This document shows positions 9,201 to 18,622 of a stretch of DNA of 64,000 nt, in pieces (position 1 is the stretch's first letter; every line of letters begins with the position of its first letter). The stretch comes from Vampirovibrionaceae bacterium NZW_1234 (GTDB taxonomy: Bacteria; Cyanobacteriota; Vampirovibrionia; Vampirovibrionales; JAGQHJ01), in the NCBI GenBank assembly GCA_041697335.1, contig JBGUGD010000007.1:64001-128000 (forward strand). Reading direction: 5' to 3'. The position numbers were made by a program, and so were the translations under genes. The notes under the pieces are model-generated. The model searched no databases, had not been told where the DNA came from, and saw only the letters and a program-made list of their open reading frames with translations.

Positions 9201-12200
9201 CTTCCAGACGTTCTCGTTCTTGCGGGGGCAAGGTCACCTTGCTTAATTGGGCCTCAATGTCGCTGCGTTTTGCCTGAAGATGGGTCGCGGTAATCATGTA
9301 GTTGCTGGCGTATCCGGCCGTGTGACCCGCCATACCGGCTGCCAACGGATTTAAGACACCATGGCCGCCGATGTTGACGATGCCCTTGGCCAGCGGAGAT
9401 GCTTCTAGGCTCTTGGCTGCAGCCATTTTTCCAAAGGCAGCGCCTCCTAGCCTGGCTGCGCCGAACCCGGCACCACCGGCAATCCCGGCCACGGCGGTTT
9501 GGGTCCAGTTGTGATTTTGGAAGTCACCGTCAAAGTTCAGGGCAAAGTCGATAGCCATGCCGCCAAGGATAGCCAAGGGAAGACTTTGTGGCATCATAAC
9601 ACCCATCATAAAGGCCGCGGTAGCTTGAACCCAAGGTTCAAAGGCTTGGTGCTCCTTCAACATGGAACCCATTTCACGCATGGCGTTATCCATGTCACCA
9701 CTTTGATGCTCTAATGTTGCATCTCGGGTTTGGTACTCCCGCTCTTCCAGACGACGGGCGCCAGGTGGCAGAGAAGCACGCTGATCAGGCGTGACCACTA
9801 TCAACTGGTGGGTTTGCCCGGCAGGCATCATGCCGTTTTGTGGCACTGGTACGGAGTACACCTCATAATTGCTGATTGGATTGCCGCGCTCATCAAAGGG
9901 CACGGCGACAGGTTTCGCACCGTCCATTTGCACATACTTTACACTGGGCTTTTCAATGCTGTTAACATCCTTGCCTTGCGACAAAGCCGTAATATACTGG
10001 CGTAGATAGGTTTGCGGTGGCTGTACCCGGACTTTTTCGCCGTTGACCGTAATGTGGTACGAACCGAACATTTCATCGTAATGTTGCTGAACCTTGGCAA
10101 TGCCTTTTTGAAGTTCTTTTGGCGAGGACACGCCATGCAGGTCTTGGAGTGCCTCCTGCATCTGCTGGAAGTGGGTTGGCTTTTCACCAGGCTTGGCGAT
10201 GCGTTCCAGGCCAAACGGGTCTCTCCGGCCACTGCCGAACAAGATACCTTTTTCACTGGGTGCAAAGGCCTTCCAGCGGTTCTGGTTAAACAGATCTTTG
10301 CGATCCATGATAAAGTTGACGTCAATGCCGAGGTTATCCAGAGCCTTGAACAGGTTGCGGCGTCCTTCAAAGGGATCTTCCCCACTGAGGTCCTTGTACG
10401 CATGAATCGTCATTTTGGTTAGCTGCTTGCCCAAGGTGGACTCTGTTTGTTTAAAGAAGTCGTTGACCTGCTTTTCCAAATCTTGCAGACGGGGGGCAAT
10501 GGATTTCACCATGCCTTTGGCAACCTGGGCGCCTTGGCCTTGAGCAATGTATGACTCAAATCCATGTTGATCGCTTAATTCGTTATACTGGCTTTGAGTC
10601 ATGATGGGGCCGCGGGCCAACTGCTGCAACTGCATCATCATGGCGTTGAATCGACCCTTGAGTTGCTGTCCTTCCGGCGTGGTAGGGCTCCATGGAGCGC
10701 CTTCCCCACCACCGTTTATAGCCAGCCACAGGCGGTTCAATTTTTCCCCGCGTTGGCCTGGGTCTGTAGTCGCGATGGCCTGCTGTGCCAATTCCCGAAT
10801 GGGTTGTGGCACACTGGTGTTGTCGCCGATATCTTTGGCCAGCAAGACCATTCCTTCGGCGATGGCATCTGGGTTTAGGCTGACTTCCTTGGCAATCGCA
10901 CCTAATAGAAGTTGGTGTTCATGGACTGCCGGGGCATCTGCCCCACTGGGGGATGCAGGTTTCCACTCAGCCAGAAGATGTGCCGCCTTTGCTAGGTTTT
11001 TGGCCTGTTGATTGGCATTGACACCTGGCTTTTGCAATTCTTTGAGCTGATCTGTGGTGGCCTTAGGAAGAGCTTTAAAGAGTGGGCCGCCGTCCAGTTG
11101 CTTCAGTAAATTGCCTCGAAGGCTGGGGTTGTTCACCACATGGCTCTGGATGAGATGTTGGGTGATCTGTTTAGTCCAATCATCGCTGCTGCCGGGTGTG
11201 GTGGTGAATTTTGACAGATCGCCGCTAATGCCGGTCAGTGTGGATCCAATGGCCTGAACATCGGCTTGGCTGTATTGAGGCAGCTGGCTCAGGATGCCAT
11301 TAATTTGAGTCGCCATTTCCGGATCGGACTGGGCGGCATGTTGCAGGACAAGACGTAATTGAGCCACATCACTGTGGGTCATTTGATAATTCGGCTTAGA
11401 CATCCGCTCCATCAGACCGGCGGTCATCTCCCGGATTTCTGGGTTGCTCGTGGTGGACTGGCCGGAGCCTTTGCCCGACCACAAGCGGTCTTTAGCTTTA
11501 TAGAAGTCTGGGCGCAAGTTCGATGAATAGATGGTTTTGTCATCGGCCTTGGGCTTGGGTGCAGGTGCCTCAAAGCTTGGCAGTTTAAAGCTTAACCGTT
11601 TCGAGGGCAGTTCCGGGGTATCATCAACCACGGTGATGTCCTCTCGGACCTGGGTGTCCGGATTCACCCTGAAGAAACGGCCATCTGCTGTCTGGTAGAT
11701 TGGTGCATAGCTGTCTCGGGTCGTAAATGACTGCGCTACCTGGACAAATTCCATGGGGCCGTCGGCACGGGTACGAACTACAATACTGTCAGGATTGCCG
11801 ATCCGGACTTCACCGGTCTGGCTATCCACAATCACCGGGTGCCCATCCAGCTGACCGGAGCGAATGCGGGGTTTCTCCTTGGCTGCGGCTTTCTCCTCGA
11901 GTTTAAACAACATCTTACCAGACGGTTTTGCATCCAGGTCAATCTTGTCCAGCCGGATTTTCCCAAGCTTAACCATTCCTGAAAATTCGTCATCGTAGCG
12001 AATGACGTTTTGCGGCAAGTCATTCAACTTGACCGTTACCGGGGTTCCAGGTTCCTGGTTGAGTTTGTCCAGGACGCCGTCCAGGTTATGCTGTTTGGTA
12101 AGCTTGCCAAGGGTATCGGTTATAGCCTTGCCTTGTGTTTTTTGCAAGTGCTTTAGGTCCGGGATAATGCCCTTGGCGTCAATGGCTTTATCAATGGTTT

Positions 12201-14742
12201 TTTGGAGATCCTTGGGAAGGGTGCCGGATTTGCTCAAGGATTCTAGCCCATTTCGAATGTCGTTTAGGGAGCTATGCTGTCCCAGATGGCTCATCAACTG
12301 GGTTTGTAGCGTGCCAGCCATCCGCTGAATGGCCGGATCGCTTCCAGATTCATTCACATACGCATGAATTTGTCGGCTTAATTCCAAGAGCTGGCGGGTA
12401 ATTTCTTGTGCTTGCTCGGGACCAGCCTCCATCGCATCGGGCCGATCCATCAAGGCCTTAGCAGCCTGACGCAGCGGTGAATTTTCAGCCACGCCTTTTT
12501 GCTCCAGGGCGCGATCCAGACGCTGCATATTCAATAGCAGGCTTAACGGTACGGTTCCAGGTGCTTGAACCCGATCGTATTCCTGAGCCATTTGATCCAA
12601 GGTCATGGCCTGGGTCAGGATGCTGTTCTGCATGGCCGGATCTGTGGGATCCATGGCCCCAAGCTGTTTTTCGAGGTTTAGAATCTGCCGGCGGTTGCGA
12701 ACAAATTCCTCGTTGCTCAAATTCAGGACTTTGACCTGAGGCATATCCTTGAAGAAATCGCCACGGTCACCCTTGCTCATTCTTGCCCACATTTTTGGCG
12801 TAATAAGGATCTCTTTATCGAGAGCTTTGCTTTTGCTGACACCTTTTTTCTCCATGTCAGCCAGGACTTTTGGGGACACCAGGCTGGGGAAAACCATCTT
12901 ATCTGAGGACTTCAGCTGGACTTTTTCCAGTTCTTTCTGAAAGTCTTTGAAGAAAGGCAAATCGGGTTTTTCCGTCAGAATGTCGACTTGGCCGTTTTTA
13001 TCTTTCAAGTTGTGTTTGCCGACATACTCTTTCAGCCATGGATCAAAATCACCGCCTTTTTCCTTGGGCTTGGCTTTGATGTTGTTGTAGTCCATGACCG
13101 CAATCATGGATTGAGTGCTGCGTTCAGCAATCTCATAGCTTTTCTGCACAAATTTATGGGCTTGTTCCGCACCGGCTTCGGGCGTGGATTTCGTGACCAC
13201 TTCTTTCAGGAAACGAATTTGTTCGAGGTATTCTTCAAGACGGTGGCCAGATTTCTCAATGTCTTTGGTATCCATGTAATGCTTGCGCAGTTGGCTGATG
13301 TGCTCATCAAGCTGCTTATAATCTTCTTTCTTACTAGGAAGCTTCGTCAGAGAGAATGGCACTGATGGTGCGTTATCAACGGTTTTTTCTTTCCCGGAAG
13401 GTTTGCCGCTGGGGGTTAGCCATTCGCTGTGGGTCTGCAAAATCTTGGAGAAATGCTTATAAGCATCCTCGCGTTTGGAGGCCAGATCTGTTCCGTCTTG
13501 GCCTTTGACACCCTCAAGACCGCTTTCCCGAAGTTTTTGCTGAACGTAGATGGCTTTAATATCGGAGTTCAGTTTCGGCAGCACAGCGTTCTTCATGTAG
13601 TTCTTCACTTGGGTGTCGGCTTTCGGATCCGCCAACGTTTCCTTAACGTTCTTCATGCCGGTTTCGACATGCTTGAGATTGAAGGACGGATTTTTAACGG
13701 CTTTCAACTGTGTCAGCATTTCATCCGGCGACAAGGTGGGCGAGATGATTTCGTTGTATTTTTCCCGGTACTTGTCCATTGCCTTTGTCACGGCCTTGTC
13801 AGTGGCCACTTCGTCAGGTTGGGTTTCCAGTAATTTCTTTTCCATGCTGGGCCAGTCTTTTGCCAGTTCGCTAGGAACTTTCATGGTGGCCTTGTTCTGG
13901 TTTAACAGCTCGCTCAATTGCTGATCCAATTGCAGGCTGTTCACCCATACTTCCGCCAGCTGAAAGGGATAATTGCTCATCTGGCCCTGATTAATGGCTT
14001 CCGTGGCTTCACCGGCTTGCTGGCTGATAAACGTCGCTAGTTGCTGACGAAACGCGAGGTAGTCGGCAATAACCTGGGCCAAGCCTTCCGGGTTGTCACG
14101 CAGTTGTGCAATCCGCTCGGAAAATTCGGCAATCTGCTGTTGAAGGGAGTCGTATGTTTTGGCTGGGGTCAGACTGCCCAAATCCACGTTCTTGGATTTA
14201 GACACCGGCTTTTTACCGAGTTCGGAGGTTTTAACAACCGGACTGGCATCAGCCTTGCCTTTGGGTGCTACTGGTAACGGCTTGTCGGAACCGGTTAGTG
14301 CTTTGTAGACCTCTTCAAGGCTTGGAGGTGGAGTATACTTGGCCTTGGCTTTTCCATCTCGTGCGTCAGAGCCGCCTTCGCCACTTTCTTTGCCGCCGCT
14401 GCCTTTGTCTTCAATTCGGTCTTTGTAATCTGAGCCCTTAACAGCCATCTTGCCGTCGCCCCCAGTGGGGCTGTCAACGGTAGATTTTTCAGAAGTGGAC
14501 TTGTCTTTGGCTTTCGCAGGGGTTACCTCTGTGCCTATAGGCATATAGGGACCTGCCTTACCCTGGAGAATATACCGCAGAACAGGTTCGGAGTTACCCG
14601 TCATTTTGGCCAGCATTTTAATCATGTCATCTTGTGACACCGGCATGTCTTTCTTGCCGGCTTGTGGCGAGCTCTTGCTCCCTGCAAGCGGAGGTGTCTC
14701 AAAACCAGTTATCCGTTTTGGGTCTGGTATCACCACGATCAA
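6277..14742 (-). CDS. giant (about 2820 aa) putative polymorphic toxin/effector with translocation-like hydrophobic segment, HExxH zincin motif and C-terminal nuclease-like domain
   Basis: 8.4-kb uninterrupted ORF; GAGG upstream of TTG 14742/GTG 14736; Gly/Ala hydrophobic stretch about 9290-9640; TPKGK-rich linker about 8690-8990; HEMTH at 8404-8418; C-terminal SYD...H...GGVIK...R-x-x-GT-x-D. Confidence 0.8.
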   Translation of the reverse strand: MIVVIPDPKRITGFETPPLAGSKSSPQAGKKDMPVSQDDMIKMLAKMTGNSEPVLRYILQGKAGPYMPIGTEVTPAKAKDKSTSEKSTVDSPTGGDGKMAVKGSDYKDRIEDKGSGGKESGEGGSDARDGKAKAKYTPPPSLEEVYKALTGSDKPLPVAPKGKADASPVVKTSELGKKPVSKSKNVDLGSLTPAKTYDSLQQQIAEFSERIAQLRDNPEGLAQVIADYLAFRQQLATFISQQAGEATEAINQGQMSNYPFQLAEVWVNSLQLDQQLSELLNQNKATMKVPSELAKDWPSMEKKLLETQPDEVATDKAVTKAMDKYREKYNEIISPTLSPDEMLTQLKAVKNPSFNLKHVETGMKNVKETLADPKADTQVKNYMKNAVLPKLNSDIKAIYVQQKLRESGLEGVKGQDGTDLASKREDAYKHFSKILQTHSEWLTPSGKPSGKEKTVDNAPSVPFSLTKLPSKKEDYKQLDEHISQLRKHYMDTKDIEKSGHRLEEYLEQIRFLKEVVTKSTPEAGAEQAHKFVQKSYEIAERSTQSMIAVMDYNNIKAKPKEKGGDFDPWLKEYVGKHNLKDKNGQVDILTEKPDLPFFKDFQKELEKVQLKSSDKMVFPSLVSPKVLADMEKKGVSKSKALDKEILITPKMWARMSKGDRGDFFKDMPQVKVLNLSNEEFVRNRRQILNLEKQLGAMDPTDPAMQNSILTQAMTLDQMAQEYDRVQAPGTVPLSLLLNMQRLDRALEQKGVAENSPLRQAAKALMDRPDAMEAGPEQAQEITRQLLELSRQIHAYVNESGSDPAIQRMAGTLQTQLMSHLGQHSSLNDIRNGLESLSKSGTLPKDLQKTIDKAIDAKGIIPDLKHLQKTQGKAITDTLGKLTKQHNLDGVLDKLNQEPGTPVTVKLNDLPQNVIRYDDEFSGMVKLGKIRLDKIDLDAKPSGKMLFKLEEKAAAKEKPRIRSGQLDGHPVIVDSQTGEVRIGNPDSIVVRTRADGPMEFVQVAQSFTTRDSYAPIYQTADGRFFRVNPDTQVREDITVVDDTPELPSKRLSFKLPSFEAPAPKPKADDKTIYSSNLRPDFYKAKDRLWSGKGSGQSTTSNPEIREMTAGLMERMSKPNYQMTHSDVAQLRLVLQHAAQSDPEMATQINGILSQLPQYSQADVQAIGSTLTGISGDLSKFTTTPGSSDDWTKQITQHLIQSHVVNNPSLRGNLLKQLDGGPLFKALPKATTDQLKELQKPGVNANQQAKNLAKAAHLLAEWKPASPSGADAPAVHEHQLLLGAIAKEVSLNPDAIAEGMVLLAKDIGDNTSVPQPIRELAQQAIATTDPGQRGEKLNRLWLAINGGGEGAPWSPTTPEGQQLKGRFNAMMMQLQQLARGPIMTQSQYNELSDQHGFESYIAQGQGAQVAKGMVKSIAPRLQDLEKQVNDFFKQTESTLGKQLTKMTIHAYKDLSGEDPFEGRRNLFKALDNLGIDVNFIMDRKDLFNQNRWKAFAPSEKGILFGSGRRDPFGLERIAKPGEKPTHFQQMQEALQDLHGVSSPKELQKGIAKVQQHYDEMFGSYHITVNGEKVRVQPPQTYLRQYITALSQGKDVNSIEKPSVKYVQMDGAKPVAVPFDERGNPISNYEVYSVPVPQNGMMPAGQTHQLIVVTPDQRASLPPGARRLEEREYQTRDATLEHQSGDMDNAMREMGSMLKEHQAFEPWVQATAAFMMGVMMPQSLPLAILGGMAIDFALNFDGDFQNHNWTQTAVAGIAGGAGFGAARLGGAAFGKMAAAKSLEASPLAKGIVNIGGHGVLNPLAAGMAGHTAGYASNYMITATHLQAKRSDIEAQLSKVTLPPQERERLEASLADINHQMKELNERPFMSSEDFALFAYNMGLGYGHSLASAGKAYLSKPSTPQVPSHVQHLMDAYGVKPTETVPAKGTTPKGMTAPEVLVPKKPVVIETPEGKTPIAKGKTATPVEETIPGGKGKTTTVETETTTPKVKDTVKPTETETTTPKGKNVKTVPAEKPIAPKGKLTPPAKTASGPRVMDPARVPEPVRNMAEQTIRQQWEQAWRSAGMENTLPAPRVEYVEGVTGATYDPAQNVVRVGITSETTAATVHSHLVHEMTHAQGLPYIAAAKLNGRSVSTPIHPDVIEAVRRSGLQNNPEAVQLGTSFDQMFREATQAGERLNVAREALLRTREIQAKSKSSAVDAQTQRATQEYQEAVRRYLSAPEELMARLAQFEATGDTQGAQLIRDMMAARRANNTTRLNELADTLATRLGLDHETVIRNGRTASPAGRGLMNLTEPTDPAARTNQPRANEAARRSSDLTEPIQRAVEEFPVARESSQLSKPTIDHVNQVIQDTIPTNGSDVFANREIQVRQNSDANARLAVRINNDGSITVEIPANASRIHAGDLAFEVSIARQRLASEGNSQLSQQMAHFDQTRADLQRVRNQIRNLESGGQTVPRELLQLRETLEFAASNNPVALRAQQAELQALSRRYRQASDSEVTRADGLSGAAQDSAMERAMALDTHGSRLNGDTLQNLRAREAYMTELWEAMARGDVTAIQNLRSGNHGPNAQTYADSGAHPTFTAAEQARLTRVIGETLRVHPNMTSANVATLVGGQDITSTYATGSNTHFQGTYFIQMPDGSIRIYPTGRTQNPIPSPSTPHGQPAGRDQRAYHEIPPEAAARLTRSQAETYANNFLLAHRPTEAQVLDHFRQRGFELREIRDNGFGMVYEVTRPDGSTFFMSYDRGNQQAGASIPHQARVGGVIKLFESEAQAFAGDRGSRWYGTVDGYALPSHLQGEGNRYNVPTQFQMPRIRYNDRNHTAPW

Positions 14743-15137
14743 CGACCTCAGTCACTCATACACAACATACGGGTGTTTTCAGAGCACAAGCGCAGCAAAT
14801 ACTTATCGATTCGGACAGGTATCCGCGTCGATGTGAACTCATGAATTAGCCAAAGTACATAGCGAGAAAAGAAGAACTATAAATATAAAAACATTATAAA
14901 GATGAGTGATGCGTAAATTTTTGTAAAACCCTATCCGTTTCGGATTTTTTTCGATTTATGAAGTTATGTTGAAGCCACTGATCGACTTTCCTTTTGTGGA
15001 ATTAAGCTCAGTAAAGTGGCTAGCTTGTAGTTTGATAGCCAAGTCAGTAGGATGCCAAAAATTCAATAGATCCCTCGCTACTTGAGACTGTTTGTGATGA
15101 GAGCGCGTTTCAAATAACCAACTTAGGAGATAGTTTT

Positions 15138-15500
15138 ATGCAATATTTAAACCGTTTCTTTTTATTGGGTATGGCTTTGTTCGCTGTTATAGGCTTATCG
15201 GCCTGTACCGGAGCCAACCGTCCTCAACAGGGCATGGATGATACCATGTCGCCTCAGGAAACAAATACAAGTGGTACAGGTACTGCTGACAATGCAGAAA
15301 TTCCTTCGGGAACATCTTCAACGGGTACTCAATCTAGTCCGTCTACAAATACGGGGGGAATCGATACGACAGGAACCCAGTCCGGATCTACAGAAACCGG
15401 AACGGGGAGCAGTGGTATGGGTGTAGGCAGTCCGTCTCCTTCTGGGACTGCAGGTCCACCTGCTGGAGGGAGAGGGAATGCATCTTCTGGCGGACAATAA
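15138..15500 (+). CDS. low-complexity Gly/Ser/Thr-rich lipoprotein
   Basis: AGGAG RBS; signal peptide with lipobox LSA-C; disordered G/S/T-rich body. Confidence 0.8.
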   Translation: MQYLNRFFLLGMALFAVIGLSACTGANRPQQGMDDTMSPQETNTSGTGTADNAEIPSGTSSTGTQSSPSTNTGGIDTTGTQSGSTETGTGSSGMGVGSPSPSGTAGPPAGGRGNASSGGQ

Positions 15501-15560
15501 CTTCGATTATTCTCTTTTTTTATCGGTCTAGAAAATTATCCAGCGAGCGTTTAATGTGTG

Positions 15561-15599
15561 TTTAGCAGGCTCATAGGTTATCTCATGGAGCCTGCTAAA
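15561..15599. terminator. stem-loop downstream of the lipoprotein gene
   Basis: 12-bp inverted repeat TTTAGCAGGCTC / GAGCCTGCTAAA. Confidence 0.5.
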
Positions 15600-16022
15600 A
15601 CGCGTGGTTCGCTCTCCTTTGAGTCCAGAGTGTTCAAGTACAAGTCATCGTAGTTTGAGGTGTTAACCTGGCCGAATCGCTCCCAGGTTAATTGGTTTCC
15701 ATTAAACCCACATAAACGTTGTGTATCTTGTATCATTGGCGATTTCATACTTGTTCCCTCCGAAAAATAACACCCTAAATTGCATGGGCTTGCTTACACT
15801 GCTTATATGAATAATGCGAAGGAAACCGCCTCATCAATTACCCAGAATGCTTAAATTTCATCTCTGGACGGAGAGTTCAGGTAGCACTTATTATAGCTGT
15901 GATCGCTTAGAATGGCTCTTCTGAGACATATCACGATAAGAATATGCAAGAGGTTGTTTGCAGGATAGCTCAGTTTGGTTTATTTTAATCAGGTTTAATG
16001 AGGGTTTGGGGGCTATCAAATT

Positions 16023-17669
16023 ATGGTTCATATTTCACATCTTTCTTTTGAAAGAACACGATTTGTGTCTTCAAATACCAAGCGATTTTCTCCGTCTTCA
16101 TTCAATGAGGCTGCATTTCGATTTTCCGGTCGACAACAAGTCAGCTTGTCCAAGCAGGTTGATAATTTTATGTCCTGGGTGAGCGATTCTCATTTATCAA
16201 ACGTTTTCAGCGCGAATGGAGTCGAGTATTATGCACCACCTATCCCAAGCCAAATATCAGGACTAACGCCGCAGCAGAACTCGGAAAACAATCGTACGCT
16301 GGCTTTGTTTAAAAGAACGTTTCCCAACTTTTTATGGACAGGTATTGAGTGTAGTAATCCAGTTAATGCCAAAGGTGAGCGGTGGGATCAATTAGCGATG
16401 ACTCGGTTTTATGCTCCCAAAGAACGTCAGCGGCAGGTCAAGTTGATGCGCTCACTTGGGTTTTATAATGTTCGCTTGGGGATTCCGAATCATAAAGTAG
16501 CGCAGCAGAAAAGCTGGCGGCAAATGGATTCTATTCTTTCTTCCTTTCAGCAAGGTAATGAAAAGTATCCACCGGAGGAACAGATTAAAATCAGCTTGGA
16601 TCTCCAGCATTTTGGTTTGCCCGACTCACTCAATAATGTAGCCGATCGGTCGAAGAGTTTCTATTTGAACCCGCAGTGGCCTAAGCAATTTGCTCGCTAG
16701 GCAAAATGGGTCCTGCAACGCTATCTTAAACAAGTTGATGCGATTACCATTATTAATGAACCGTTGATCACCAACCAGTTTTCGAGCACCCACCTGAACG
16801 AATCCTTTCCTGGGCATGGGCACAAAGCGTTTAACCGCTATTTCATCGAGCGTGCTTTTCTCATCGCCAAGGCTGCTTTGATGGGTCGGTACAATATTGA
16901 GACTCTTTTACAAGCCCAGCCCCAGGGGCAGAATCGTAAGATTTTTATTCATAATGAAAGCTGTGAGCAGACCGTTGGGGATGAAGATTTCAATCGATTC
17001 CGTCGCTTTCTGACCAGTGATTTGATTTTGGGACATGACTGGTTGCTCAAGGGGAATTTTGTTCAGTCCGACATGTTTCAGTGGATGCTGCGCCAGATGG
17101 AAGAAGGGGGCCATCCTCAAGGTCGTGATTTCCTGGTGAAAGGCTTAACCGAAATCCGGGATATGCACCATTCTTTTCAGCGCCGATTTAAAAAATCCAT
17201 GAAGGCGGATACGGTTTTTGGAATTGATTATTATCTGACCAACGAACGTGGCTCTGGCATTAGTGGGCGACTTGAGGAATACAGTCAGGAGCTTCGGCAA
17301 GGCACCAGAAGAGGCTTATTTGGTATGGGCATTGATTATTGGGAGCGCTATCATTTGCCTTTGCTTCATACAGAAACTAATTTTCGGCATGAGTCTAGTG
17401 ATGTTTGGGGATTTCAGCAGTTAGTCGAGCTGGCTCAATTGGCTAAGGCTAAAATTCCGGTTTTAGGGTTTACCTGGTATAGCCTGATGGATCAATTTGG
17501 CTGGGAACGTGGGTTAGACTGTTCCCCTGAAGCAGCGGCTCACTACCCGGTTGGATTGGTCAGTACCCAGAATCATGAGTTACGGAAATTTTCTTCTCGT
17601 ATTTTGCCAGACTTACGCCATGCCTTGTTGTTTCGCAGGGCGGAATCTACCGCATCCTTATCGCCTTAA
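16023..17669 (+). pseudogene. GH1-like (beta-glucosidase/galactosidase) gene interrupted by one in-frame TAG at 16698-16700
   Basis: ORFs 16023-16700 and 16764-17669 share a frame; read-through gives YLNPQWPKQFAR*AKWVLQRYLKQVDAITIINEPLITN, collinear with the intact paralog at 36630-38291; LWTGIECSNP, NEP, HTET and GFTWYSLMDQF motifs present. Confidence 0.85.
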
Positions 17670-17779
17670 ATTGCCAATTTTGGTAACTGAAAAACGAGAG
17701 AACATCATGAACGATATTCTTGGCACATTGTGGCAATTTGGGGGGCTTGTATTTGCAGGCCGAACGGAGGACTTGTTTT

Positions 17780-18001
17780 ATGGCGGATGAGCTTAAGGGG
17801 ACTGATGAGCAGACTGCTCAAACCCAAGATGCGGCTATGATCCGAACGAAAAAAGATGAAGATGGCCAACCGGCGCCGGTCACTCCTCAACAAGTGAAGA
17901 ATATCCCGACGCCAGAGGCTGGTAGTATTGATACAGGTCAAACGGCTGGAAAAGATCCACATCAACGTCTTCATGCCAGTCACGAAGACAAGGCGGGATA
18001 G
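17780..18001 (+). CDS. small hydrophilic hypothetical protein
   Basis: GGAGGA RBS before ATG 17780; 73 aa rich in D/E/K/Q/T. Confidence 0.65.
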   Translation: MADELKGTDEQTAQTQDAAMIRTKKDEDGQPAPVTPQQVKNIPTPEAGSIDTGQTAGKDPHQRLHASHEDKAG

Positions 18002-18031
18002 GTTTTTAGTTGACCTGTGAGTTTGTTCCGC

Positions 18032-18622
18032 TTATCGGTCGAGTTGGGTTAAGGCGGCTCGAATTTGGTTCCGGTGTGATTCGAGAACGGGGAGACTGTT
18101 CGTGGCATAAGCTTTTAAGCTGGCATTTTTGCCAGTTTGAATGTGTCGCTGATAGAGTGAGATAGCCATATTATGTTCTGTCAACTGACTGTTTAAAAAA
18201 GCATGATCAAATGTACGTCCCGACAGTTGTGATAACTGAGTCATCAAGGCTTGGTGTCTTTGTTCTATTGTTGTTGGCATTGTTAAATTATATTGTTGTG
18301 CGATGCTGGCCAGGGACTGGTTGGCATTTTGATGTTCTTGAATCATATGTTGGGCAATGGCTTTCACTTGATTATTTTGTGACTTCGTTAAAGCGAGTTT
18401 GCCCAGTTGTATTTCAGCGAGGTTTCCTCTTGCGGCAGCGGTAAAAAACTGTTGATCCTGAGGGCTCAGTGTTGAGGTGTTCATGCCCATCGGTGACATT
18501 GACTGAGGCTGTCCTGTTCTGATTGGTTGTTGGGCATCTACCGCATTATTTATTTGAAGAAACAGGCAAAATCCTGCACTCACTATTATACCGGCAATCA
18601 ATGGAAGCGATTTCTGCATCAT
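18032..18622 (-). CDS. DUF4142 domain secreted protein
   Basis: N-terminal signal; QDQQFFTAAARGNLAEIQLGKLA...HMIQEH...FDHAF...EH...LPVLESH pattern. Confidence 0.88.
   Translation of the reverse strand: MMQKSLPLIAGIIVSAGFCLFLQINNAVDAQQPIRTGQPQSMSPMGMNTSTLSPQDQQFFTAAARGNLAEIQLGKLALTKSQNNQVKAIAQHMIQEHQNANQSLASIAQQYNLTMPTTIEQRHQALMTQLSQLSGRTFDHAFLNSQLTEHNMAISLYQRHIQTGKNASLKAYATNSLPVLESHRNQIRAALTQLDR

Noticed and set aside
7158..14277. Many plus-strand ORFs of 60-180 aa antisense to the giant gene
   Set aside because: Shadow ORFs without RBS or recognisable motifs
6277..14742. Phage tape-measure protein or RHS/CdiA filamentous hemagglutinin
   Set aside because: No phage genes nearby, no YD or FHA repeats, no TPS domain and no CdiB partner
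15962..15985. AGGATAGCTCAGTTTGGTT resembles a tRNA 5' end/D-arm (a similar GGGTAGCTCAGCGGTA lies near 54975)
   Set aside because: No anticodon stem, no GTTCRA T-loop and no acceptor-stem complement downstream
16698..16700. Pyrrolysine or genome-wide TAG recoding
   Set aside because: TAG terminates well-conserved genes here (e.g. cydA, Zn-ADH), there are no pyl genes in the window, and the position aligns with an aromatic residue
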